Assembly (NCBI GenBank): GCA_047602425.1
Contig: JASGHG010000001.1
Span: 928,001 to 992,000 of the forward strand
Direction: 5' to 3'
Length of the DNA stretch: 64,000 nucleotides
DNA from: Nibricoccus sp.
GTDB taxonomy: Bacteria > Verrucomicrobiota > Verrucomicrobiia > Opitutales > Opitutaceae
Below the pieces are notes generated by a model. That model was not told where the DNA came from, searched no databases, and was given only the letters and a program-made list of their open reading frames with translations. The translations under genes were made by a program, and so were the position numbers. This document shows positions 47,738-57,577 of this stretch, in pieces (the first letter of the stretch is position 1; each line of letters begins with the position of its first letter).

Positions 47738-50700
47738 TCAGTTCGCCGCCGGGCACGTTTGAACTTTTCCATTGCACCGTCTCCGGATCAACAACCAAAG
47801 GCCAAAACCAAGTCCCACCCAGACAATCGGTGGCGCGGGCGTTTCCACGTGGTCGAGAGCGGCGTTCTGCCCGAGCTTGGTCTCTTCCGCTTTCTCCAAC
47901 ATGCGCCATTGTGCCGCATTTTCTACCGCGATGTAACTGGTTTCAGGCAGCAAGATCCCACTCGTCTTGCTGGCTTCAACCACCTCTCGATAACCATCGG
48001 GATTTTCGCCAGGACTCCGGGCAAATTCGCCTTCGCACATTTCAAGCCGGGCCGCCTGTGACCAAGGCGAACCTTCCTTGTGTATCCCATTATTCGATAC
48101 GACGCGCCACACTTTCTCGGAGGGCGACCAATATTCCAGCGCGCCGGCACCATTCCGGGTTGAGGCCGGGAATTGAGCTCCTCGCAGCTCCTTGATCGGT
48201 CGGATGGACGCACCTTTTCGCAGCCAAATCGTCGAAGCAGCCCCGGTTTGGATCACGGGCTGGCATTGCCCTGTCGCATCGATGACGTGAAGTTCGAAAG
48301 ACGCTAAAATATCGGTCCAGCGTTCCGTGAGCGGTAGACTCTCCTGCTTCAGCAGAGCCTTGCGGGCCGCCACCACGAAAATCGGCCGCGCAGGAATTTT
48401 TCTGGCCGACTCCGCCTTATCCAAATCTTCGTCGCGATGAAGCCGCAGCGCGTGCGCGAGTGCGAGATCGAGTCCAAATCCTCCGCGCAGCGGCAGCGCG
48501 GACCGAAGCGGCTCCGGACTTCCGATCAATTGATCAATCGGCGTCAATGCCGCGACCGTGTCCGTCACGGCAAAATTCGCCGTTGTAATCCGCATGCGAT
48601 CTACCGACGGGAAGCGCACCTTCAGTATCCGCAACAGATTGACCAGATCGCCATCGAAGCCGTTGCCTTCCGACCGATCCACGATCAGGTGCAGGTACGC
48701 TTCGTTGTTCAATTCGTTCGTCGCTGCCTCTGGTAATTGTCCCGCGATCACACTTCCCCACTCGCCCGCAGCCATCTGCAAACCCAGCCGATCGCCCAAA
48801 TCGTTCAATGCCGTTGCCGGGTTCTTCGTGTTCGGCAAACCGAGAATTTGCGAAACGCGGATTGGCACAAGAAAATCGAGTTCGACCACGGTGGGTGTGG
48901 TCGGCATGACTGGAAACACCCGCAACTCCAGCTGGCCCGATGACGTGTAAGCGAGCAAGGCTGGATCGCGCCGTTCAGAATCACGAATCATTTCATAGAC
49001 CCAATATGCCGTCTTCTTCTCAAAGATCCGTCCCGCGACAGGCACGCCGTTCATGTGCAACCGCAGGCCGCTCACGTAAATCCCCGCCGGCAGTGTTAAC
49101 GGCTGGACATACTCGGAGCTCGTCGTTCCCGTGGCCTCCAACGTGAGAGTCATCGTCACTACCGAAGCCGACTCACCGGCTGGTAGAGTGCGGACGTCCA
49201 GTCCCTTCACCACAACGTCACGCGACATGGGCAAGGCTCGCGTTTTGCCGGTCCGCGCCCGCACGCTACTGCCGCCAAAGACACCACCCCTATTTCGCAA
49301 CAAGTCAGCATTCTTACCCGAACCTTCTTTCCCCAGGAAAACAGCTTCCAGTTGCGCCAATTTGCCATCGGGCAATACCAGATTGTCGAAAACCAGCCAA
49401 CTGTAGTAGTCGGAGAGGATAGGATAATAAATGCCGTTCTTATAGGCACGATGGTTGCGGAGTGCGCGCTCCAGATTTAGCAGGCTGCCTGGATATTCGG
49501 TCGGACCGGCTTTAACGCTCGGCGTGTAGATGTAGTTGAGCGCCGTGTTCAACGCGGCTTTGTCCGCCAATCCGCGAGCGGTGTAGAGCGCGGGAAGAAC
49601 GAAAAATGACACCAGCCCCACCGCCGTAAGTGCGCCTCGGCGATGGTTCGCGAGCGGACCTCGCAACACTTGTGTGAGCTGGCTCAAGTGCAATACGAAC
49701 AAGACCGTCGGGGTAAGCACCAGGAATCCTAACCCAAACACAATTACACCGACAATGGAAAGCGGTGTGTAGGGCAAAAACACGACAAAGAAATAGAGCG
49801 AAAATGGAAACGAGAAGCACAACAGACTGAAGCTGAGCATCGGTTTTTTAGCTTTTTTCCAGGCTGCTAAAAAAAGAATTGCCGTGTTTGCGAGGGTTAG
49901 CGCGTAGACTTCCCACGCCTGAAAATCGACCGGGAAGGGAATTTCCCGGTTGAGCAACAATCCGCCAATCGGCATCGCCAGTGCAAACACGGTGATCGCC
50001 CAAAGCTCACCGGCTGTCCCGGTTTTTCGGACCGATTTCAGCACGGCAGCCAGCACGCGAATCAATCCGACAAACATCGCCAGTCCGAGCAGCACGAAAA
50101 TCGTCGCTACCATCGCCGCCTGAAAGTGCCCTGCGCGAAAAACAAGCTGCACTCCCAGATATGCCAGCACTGGCGCGCCCACCGCCAGCCCCATGCCGGT
50201 CACGAATCCCTTCCTCGCGTCTTCTATCCTCCACCCACACGCGAGCAAAAGCACACCGTAAAACAATGGCACCATCGCAAAAGCGAACTGGTTGAAGAAG
50301 TACCGATCCGTCGGATAGATCCAAGTTGTAACACTGGCAGGAAGTATTTTCCCTTCCATGCTCGCCGCCAGCCACAGGTAGGCAACTTCGACTACAACCA
50401 TAAACAACCCCCAATACGGAAGAATCGGCGAACGCCTGTTTTCCCTCCGCTTCAGGCTCCGTAACGCAAAATAACTCGCGATTCCGAAGAGCGCATTTAC
50501 TCCGCCGGCCAAACCCAGCCATCCCGCCATGCTTTTTTGCTGCGCGTCCATGTTGCCCTCGACCAGCTGAAATCCTTGCAGATTCAACGCCAACAGAATC
50601 GCGACCGGCATCACCCAGAGCCAAAGCATGGCCGAAGGTTTTAGCAAAAAAGCCGGCAGCAAATCCGTTTCACCCGTCTCCCGTTCGAAGGTCACCTGAT

Positions 50701-50824
50701 CCGGCAGCGTCACTTCACCTGGCTGGCCCGTTGTGGCAGATAACTGGTTCGTTTTTATTTCGGGCAGATTATTCTGCCCGGCGTTATGGTCAGCTGTTTC
50801 CGGTGTCGGTATTGGGGCGTCCAT
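47738..50824 (-). CDS. multi-TM VIT-domain protein with C-terminal sorting signal (MSEP-CTERM-like)
   Basis: About 11 TMs; LPAGIYVSGLRL..GRIFEKKTAYWVYEMI..RRDPALL..LRVFP; ends ETPAPP-TM-RRR. Confidence 0.8.
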   Translation of the reverse strand: MDAPIPTPETADHNAGQNNLPEIKTNQLSATTGQPGEVTLPDQVTFERETGETDLLPAFLLKPSAMLWLWVMPVAILLALNLQGFQLVEGNMDAQQKSMAGWLGLAGGVNALFGIASYFALRSLKRRENRRSPILPYWGLFMVVVEVAYLWLAASMEGKILPASVTTWIYPTDRYFFNQFAFAMVPLFYGVLLLACGWRIEDARKGFVTGMGLAVGAPVLAYLGVQLVFRAGHFQAAMVATIFVLLGLAMFVGLIRVLAAVLKSVRKTGTAGELWAITVFALAMPIGGLLLNREIPFPVDFQAWEVYALTLANTAILFLAAWKKAKKPMLSFSLLCFSFPFSLYFFVVFLPYTPLSIVGVIVFGLGFLVLTPTVLFVLHLSQLTQVLRGPLANHRRGALTAVGLVSFFVLPALYTARGLADKAALNTALNYIYTPSVKAGPTEYPGSLLNLERALRNHRAYKNGIYYPILSDYYSWLVFDNLVLPDGKLAQLEAVFLGKEGSGKNADLLRNRGGVFGGSSVRARTGKTRALPMSRDVVVKGLDVRTLPAGESASVVTMTLTLEATGTTSSEYVQPLTLPAGIYVSGLRLHMNGVPVAGRIFEKKTAYWVYEMIRDSERRDPALLAYTSSGQLELRVFPVMPTTPTVVELDFLVPIRVSQILGLPNTKNPATALNDLGDRLGLQMAAGEWGSVIAGQLPEAATNELNNEAYLHLIVDRSEGNGFDGDLVNLLRILKVRFPSVDRMRITTANFAVTDTVAALTPIDQLIGSPEPLRSALPLRGGFGLDLALAHALRLHRDEDLDKAESARKIPARPIFVVAARKALLKQESLPLTERWTDILASFELHVIDATGQCQPVIQTGAASTIWLRKGASIRPIKELRGAQFPASTRNGAGALEYWSPSEKVWRVVSNNGIHKEGSPWSQAARLEMCEGEFARSPGENPDGYREVVEASKTSGILLPETSYIAVENAAQWRMLEKAEETKLGQNAALDHVETPAPPIVWVGLGFGLWLLIRRRCNGKVQTCPAAN

Positions 50825-51389
50825 GTTTTTCGAGGATTAAATTCGCGACAATAAAAGCGGGTAGAAACACGGCCACGCCGGTGAGCATGTGCAAAAAAGC
50901 TCCATAGGCTTCAGGCAGCCGCGGCAGTACCCAACTGTGCAATTGCGCCACCGCCATGATACGAAGCCCGTTGATCGCCACCACGGCTAGCACTGTTATC
51001 AAAGCCGCGACACAGGTACTAACCAGCGTATTGCTGCCACGACGACTCAAATGCCATCCCACCAGCGCCGCCACCATCACGAAGTAGGTTATCCCGCTGC
51101 AAGCCGTCGTCACCACGACCGGAACCGACGTCGAAATCAGCCAGCCTTCGCTCACCCGCATAATGGGGTGACCGCTTAAAAATCCAGCCACCAGGGCCGA
51201 TCCGCCGCAAAATACGGTTTCTTCACAGCGCGCAATCGACACAAAGCCCCATCCGATCAGTCCCGCCAAAACCGCACCGAGAGCTCCATAAAAATGTCTT
51301 TTCTTGGAAAGCGCGTCTTCCGGTCGCGTTTCCGCCGCCGCTTCAGCGCGGTCGGTCGGCAACAACACTTCGGATTCGTCCTGAATCAT
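50790..51389 (-). CDS. exosortase/archaeosortase family protein (XrtK-like)
   Basis: Cys (ACSGITYF), Arg (NGLRI), His (HMLTG) triad in a TM protein. Confidence 0.85.
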   Translation of the reverse strand: MIQDESEVLLPTDRAEAAAETRPEDALSKKRHFYGALGAVLAGLIGWGFVSIARCEETVFCGGSALVAGFLSGHPIMRVSEGWLISTSVPVVVTTACSGITYFVMVAALVGWHLSRRGSNTLVSTCVAALITVLAVVAINGLRIMAVAQLHSWVLPRLPEAYGAFLHMLTGVAVFLPAFIVANLILEKHGRPNTDTGNS

Positions 51390-51395
51390 CGCTCA

Positions 51396-51450
51396 AGACT
51401 AATCCGCCCATGTGAAGCCCGTATGAAGTCAGGATGAAGTTTTCATGAAT
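51396..51450 (-). promoter_or_regulatory. four 11-bp-period TTCAY repeats (cre-tag/OmpR-family site) plus -10 box
   Basis: Top-strand TGAA(G/T) at 51413, 51424, 51435, 51446; bottom-strand TAGTCT 6 bp before the ATG. Confidence 0.65.
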
Positions 51451-51510
51451 TCCGCCGATTTTCCGTCCTATCTGTGCATCGTCCGGCAAAACCTCCAGGC
51501 GCAGCCACGG

Positions 51511-54363
51511 TCACAATTCATCCGGCCCCTCCAGGACCAGCCGCAGCGAATCCAGACGCAGCCGCGCCTGCGAAATTGCCGCCCGGGTGCGGTCAATCTG
51601 TTCCTGGGCAAGGGCGATTTCCTCCGGGCGCACATGGTCGTTGACTGCGCGCAAATCCACGAGGCGCTTGAGGTCGGCGCTGAGCACATCCTGGGCTTTT
51701 TGCTCCGCCGCTTTTTTCAACGCCTGAGCTCTGGCCTCCGCCGTGCGCGTCGCGGTATCGATCATCTGATTGAAAAGCTCCGGGCTAAATTCCGGGCGTT
51801 CCAGAAAACGATGGATGTCCGCATCCTCGCTTTCGGCGGCCAATTCGGCGGCATTGCGTTCTTCCGTGAGATCGCGGCCGCGCAGATCGACCAATGTGCG
51901 TACCGGCGTTGCCGCGAGAAATTGGTCCACATGCCAGCGGCTGTCCGCCACGGTTTCGAGCACGAAAATAGTTTCAAGCAAAAGGTTCGGCTTTTTGGCT
52001 GGAATAAGTCCAAAGGCCGTGGTGCCAGACTGCGAGTCGACGAGCAGGTCGATCGCGTCCTGCACGAGCGGATGGTCGGCGGAAAGGAAACGGATATCTT
52101 CGCGCGTCGCTGCCCGGCGTCGGTCGAAAGTCGCAAGCATGCCGTCGGCCGGAATCGACGGGAACCCTTCGATATAGGCATGGCTGGGATCGAGAAAGAC
52201 GTCGCCATTTTCCTCCTCCTTCATGCGCACACCAAAGTGATCGAGCAGCGCGAGCAGGAAGCGGCGAAGAAACGGGTCTGTATCCACCGCGCGGATGCGT
52301 TCGATCACACGTTCGGCGGAGGGCCGGTCAAATGACGCCATCTCCAGCAGCCGGTCGCGACCTTTCGCGAGTTTCAGGTTGAGCGCTTTTCGGAACTCCG
52401 CCGTTTCCGCGATGAGTTTTTCCAGCTCTGCTTTTCCCTCAGGTTTGCCGGTCTCGCCGTATTTCAACGCGAGCTCCAGGACACGCGCCTTGAAGGCTTG
52501 TTCATAGTCGTCGCCACCGTGCAGCGGCCGCGCGAAAGCCTCCACCCCGCGATCATACCACTCGACCACGTACTCGTCGCTGCTGCCCGAAATGTAAGGC
52601 ACGTGAATGCGGATTGTCTGCGTCTGGCCGATGCGATCGAGACGTCCGATGCGTTGTTCGAGCAAACCAGGATTCAGGGGCAAATCGAAAAGCACCAGAT
52701 GATGCGCGAATTGAAAGTTGCGCCCTTCGCTGCCGATCTCGGAGCAAATGAGGAGCTGCGCACCGTCTGGTTCGGCAAACCAAGCCGCGTTGCGGTCGCG
52801 CTGCACGAGCGGCAGATCCTCGTAGAAGAGCGCGGATTTCGCGGACATTTTTTCCTGCAACGCCGATTCGATGGCGAGGACTTTACGCTGCGATTTGCAG
52901 ATGAGCAGGACTTTTTCCGCGCGATTCGCTTTCAGGAAATCGACCAGCCAATCGATGCGCGGATCGTCCTTGAATGCATAGCGGATAGCCGCTGCGCACC
53001 CGGTTTCCTCGGCCTCGAGTTCGCGCGCGATGCGCGCCAACCGCGTGAGGTTGTTTTCCACAAGGGGCGCGGGACAAAATTTGCGCTTGGGGAAACCCGT
53101 GATTGCCGAACGGGTGTTGCGAAACATTACGCGGCCCGTGCCATGCTGGTCGAGCAACGTTTTCAGCAATGCCTCGCGGGCTCCGGCTTTGCCCTGCGCG
53201 AGCGCATCGAGATGCTGGGCGAGCCGTTCGGGCGCACGGTTGAAGATCGTTTTGAGCGTCGTGTGGTCCTTCGGTTTGAGCGGTTTCTGCTCAAGGATTT
53301 TTTCGGCAATGCCCGCGACTTCGCCAAAACGTTCGGACTCTTTGACGAACTGATCGTAATCGCTATAGCGGGCGGGATCGAGCAGGCGGAGCCGTGCGAA
53401 ATGTCCCGCGAGGCCGAGTTGAGTCGGCGTCGCCGTCAGCAGCAGCAGGCCCGGACAGCTCTGCGCGAGCCGCTCGACCAACGCGTAGCTCGGACTGGCG
53501 CTTTCCGGCGTCCACGCAAGATGATGCGCCTCGTCCACCACTACAACATCCCAGCCAGCGCTCACCGCCTGGTCGCCACGCGTCTCGTTATTCGCGAGAA
53601 AGTCGACGCTGCATAAGGCCAATTGTCCCGCGTGAAACGGGTTCTTGCCCGGATCGCTTTGCTCGCATGCCACGCAACGCGCCTCGTCGTAAAGGCCGAA
53701 CCAGAGATTAAATCGACGCAACAGTTCGACGAACCACTGGTGCAGCAAGGACCCGGGCACAAGAATCAGCACCCGGCGCGCCCGGCCGATCACAAGCAAC
53801 CGTTGAACGATCAGGCAGGCTTCGATGGTTTTGCCCAGACCCACTTCGTCCGCCAGCAATGCCCGCGGAATCTGGCGCGCCGAAACTTCCTGCAAGATAT
53901 AAAATTGATGCGGTAGCAGTTCGAGCCGGCCCCCGAGAAAACCCCGCACTTCGGATTGGCGGAAGCGTGCCTGCGCCTGCAACGCGCGATAGCGCAGGTC
54001 GAACACTTCTCCCGGATCGACTTGTCCGGCCATAAGCCGTTCCTGCGGCAAGCTGACACTAGTCACGTCCGACAATTCGTCTTCGCGCACACGCCTGCCC
54101 TGCCCCACGTAAACCAAAAGCCCTTGCGTTTCCTCAATTGTTTCCACGACCAACGTCTTTCCATCGCGTGTGACGAGCGACTCGCCCGCGCGAAATCGCA
54201 CGCGTTTGAGCACCGGCGTCTTCAGGGCATAGATCCGCTTTTCGCGTGTGGCCGGAAATTCGATTGTCACTTGAGCACGCTCCACCGCCGCGACGACTCC
54301 GAGCCCTAACTCAGGTTCTCGTTCGCTCATGAAACGCTGTCCGACAACAAAGGAAAAAGACAT
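51511..54363 (-). CDS. rapA: RNA polymerase-associated SNF2 ATPase RapA
   Basis: GQRFMSEREPELGLG, LLADEVGLGKTIEA, DEAHH, SEIGSEGRNFQFAHHL, QRIGRLDRIGQ. Confidence 0.95.
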   Translation of the reverse strand: MSFSFVVGQRFMSEREPELGLGVVAAVERAQVTIEFPATREKRIYALKTPVLKRVRFRAGESLVTRDGKTLVVETIEETQGLLVYVGQGRRVREDELSDVTSVSLPQERLMAGQVDPGEVFDLRYRALQAQARFRQSEVRGFLGGRLELLPHQFYILQEVSARQIPRALLADEVGLGKTIEACLIVQRLLVIGRARRVLILVPGSLLHQWFVELLRRFNLWFGLYDEARCVACEQSDPGKNPFHAGQLALCSVDFLANNETRGDQAVSAGWDVVVVDEAHHLAWTPESASPSYALVERLAQSCPGLLLLTATPTQLGLAGHFARLRLLDPARYSDYDQFVKESERFGEVAGIAEKILEQKPLKPKDHTTLKTIFNRAPERLAQHLDALAQGKAGAREALLKTLLDQHGTGRVMFRNTRSAITGFPKRKFCPAPLVENNLTRLARIARELEAEETGCAAAIRYAFKDDPRIDWLVDFLKANRAEKVLLICKSQRKVLAIESALQEKMSAKSALFYEDLPLVQRDRNAAWFAEPDGAQLLICSEIGSEGRNFQFAHHLVLFDLPLNPGLLEQRIGRLDRIGQTQTIRIHVPYISGSSDEYVVEWYDRGVEAFARPLHGGDDYEQAFKARVLELALKYGETGKPEGKAELEKLIAETAEFRKALNLKLAKGRDRLLEMASFDRPSAERVIERIRAVDTDPFLRRFLLALLDHFGVRMKEEENGDVFLDPSHAYIEGFPSIPADGMLATFDRRRAATREDIRFLSADHPLVQDAIDLLVDSQSGTTAFGLIPAKKPNLLLETIFVLETVADSRWHVDQFLAATPVRTLVDLRGRDLTEERNAAELAAESEDADIHRFLERPEFSPELFNQMIDTATRTAEARAQALKKAAEQKAQDVLSADLKRLVDLRAVNDHVRPEEIALAQEQIDRTRAAISQARLRLDSLRLVLEGPDEL

Positions 54364-54475
54364 CCCTTCATCAGACCGCCACCGGCCCACAATTCAAAGC
54401 GAAAGATGAACCGCCTTGCCGCATTCTTTTTGGATGATGAGAACCTGACGTTTTCGCCCCGGCGCTGTTGGGCCG

Positions 54476-54988
54476 TCAGTCTCGACCGGCGTGCAGGGCA
54501 ACGGGCTCAGCGACGTTTATTTTGCGTGCCGCTTGAAATAACCGAACCTCTCGACAGGCCTTTTCTCCGCAATGGTGAAGATCGGCACCAGCCCCGGGAC
54601 TGGCGCAGCGATGGGCTCGGTTGCAAACCAGCCACCGCTCAGCGTGTTCGAGCGCCGTAAACGCCGAATAGTCCACATCCAGTTCGGTCATTGCGGCCAG
54701 GCCGGTGTACATGCAGACCAACGCAAAGGTTTCAGGGGTCGATGCGACGAAGACCGTTTTAGCATGACCGCGCAGTTCCTCGTAGGTTTTGGCTGCGCTG
54801 GCAATTTCCTCAAAATCGGTCCGCGACATCGAGGCGATCGATGCCTCGGAAAGATCCCAAATAACATCCGGGAAAACGAGCTTGGGAAAAAACGCGTGAA
54901 TGGCACTGGCGATATCCTCGCGACACGTTTCTCCTCGCACGTGAAAGGTGGTCCAGCCGTAGCCGTTGACGACTTCGATTTTAGCCAT
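54476..54988 (-). CDS. hypothetical protein (SpoIIAA/STAS-like fold suspected)
   Basis: VIWDLSEA, KTVFVA, F..LEHAERWL pattern. Confidence 0.55.
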   Translation of the reverse strand: MAKIEVVNGYGWTTFHVRGETCREDIASAIHAFFPKLVFPDVIWDLSEASIASMSRTDFEEIASAAKTYEELRGHAKTVFVASTPETFALVCMYTGLAAMTELDVDYSAFTALEHAERWLVCNRAHRCASPGAGADLHHCGEKACREVRLFQAARKINVAEPVALHAGRD

Positions 54989-55083
54989 GGGGGGTCGAAC
55001 GCTGTTAAGACGCACCGCGCAGGCGGGTCCCGTTGTGATGCGTAGTTGCAGTGTCGTTCATCGGACCATTGTGCCAAAATTGG

Positions 55084-55111
55084 GCTCACACCGTTGTCAC
55101 AAATGTGTCAC
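55084..55111. promoter_or_regulatory. 11-bp-period direct repeats (Pho-box/OmpR-like)
   Basis: GCTCAC 55084, TGTCAC 55095, TGTCAC 55106. Confidence 0.4.
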
Positions 55112-55191
55112 AACCTGATTCGCATTCCACGGCGAGCCGGGGCTTTCCCCTATTGGTTTTTCGACGAGCCTGTTTCTAGCGAATGCGTCCA

Positions 55192-56172
55192 TCAATCCGC
55201 CATCGCGAAACGCTGACGGTACTCGGCCGGCGTCACGCCCATATCCTGCATAAACGCGCGCCAAAGTGTGCTCTGATCGCCCAAACCCGTCCGAGCGGTA
55301 ACATCTTTCAGCGGCAACGTAGTTTCCTCCAACAGCCGGCGCGCTTCGGCCATGCGAAGTCGGCGGACCAATTCGGCTGGCGACTCTTTGTACTGCTTGC
55401 GACACCAACGACTGAGCGTGCGAACGCTCATCCCCACCTGAGTTGCCAGACGCTCCACCGGGAGTTGCTCATCGAGATGCTCACGGACAAAGGTGGAAAG
55501 ATCGCGCAAGCCAGGCGACTCCTGTTCCTGAAAACGGAGGGCAGAACTAAATTGCGCCTGATGTCCCGAGCGCCGCAAAAACAGAACCATCCGCTTGGCG
55601 ACACGCATGGCGAGCGCGTGGCCGTAGTCCTCCTCGACCAAAGCTAGCGCCAGATCGACTCCCGCCGTCACCCCCGCCGACGTCCACACGCCGCGATCCC
55701 TCACGTAAATCCCGTGATCGATCACACGCACTTTGGGAAAACGCTCGCGCAGCGCATCCAAGTGCAGCCAATGCGTGGTAGCCCGGCGCCCGTCGAGAAA
55801 TCCCGCCGCCGCCAAAGTAAACGCCCCCGTGCACACTGAAACCGCCCGCTTGATGCGCGGTCGATGTAGACGAAGCCAGGGCACCAGCGGAGCGTGATCC
55901 TCCGGAACAGGATCCGCTGGCGAACCACCTGCCACCACCACGGTGTCGGGCGGTGACGCAATCTTGGACGGCAGCGGCTTCACGCCACTCAGGCAAAGAC
56001 CGTAACGAGTCTGGGTCGTCGGCGCGCCCGGACCGAAAAGATGTAGAGAGTATGCCTCGCGGCCCAGGAGGTCATTCGCGTGCCCCAAGACTTCCCATGG
56101 CCCCGCGATGTTGATCATCGACGTGCGCGGAACAACGAGAAACCAGACTTGTTTGGCGACGGAGGGCGGCAT
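55192..56172 (-). CDS. GlxA-family AraC regulator (DJ-1/PfpI domain + HTH)
   Basis: SVCTGAF, ATTHW, TSAGVTAGVDL, RRSGHQAQFS, MSVRTLSR, GVTPAEYR. Confidence 0.93.
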   Translation of the reverse strand: MPPSVAKQVWFLVVPRTSMINIAGPWEVLGHANDLLGREAYSLHLFGPGAPTTQTRYGLCLSGVKPLPSKIASPPDTVVVAGGSPADPVPEDHAPLVPWLRLHRPRIKRAVSVCTGAFTLAAAGFLDGRRATTHWLHLDALRERFPKVRVIDHGIYVRDRGVWTSAGVTAGVDLALALVEEDYGHALAMRVAKRMVLFLRRSGHQAQFSSALRFQEQESPGLRDLSTFVREHLDEQLPVERLATQVGMSVRTLSRWCRKQYKESPAELVRRLRMAEARRLLEETTLPLKDVTARTGLGDQSTLWRAFMQDMGVTPAEYRQRFAMAD

Positions 56173-56191
56173 GAACGAAGCAAGGCAGACG

Positions 56192-57370
<1,179 letters not shown>

Positions 57371-57474
57371 TCGCTCGCTGCCGGAAGTTTCGACCTAAAA
57401 GCCGAACTAACCTCAAGATCCACTCAAGACTCCGATAACCCTCGAACGTGCCATTAGCGCCGCCATTATCATGA

Positions 57475-57486
57475 TTTAACGTTAAA
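57475..57486. promoter_or_regulatory. palindromic operator (LacI-type suspected)
   Basis: TTTAACGTTAAA with central CG, 7 bp upstream of TTGACC, ahead of the GH5 gene. Confidence 0.4.
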
Positions 57487-57577
57487 ATAAGCATTGACCG
57501 CGACGTTTGCACGCGCATCAACTCGGGGCACGGCATACCCCAACATTCATGCCGCAACCCCAAAGACGGAGTCGTAT

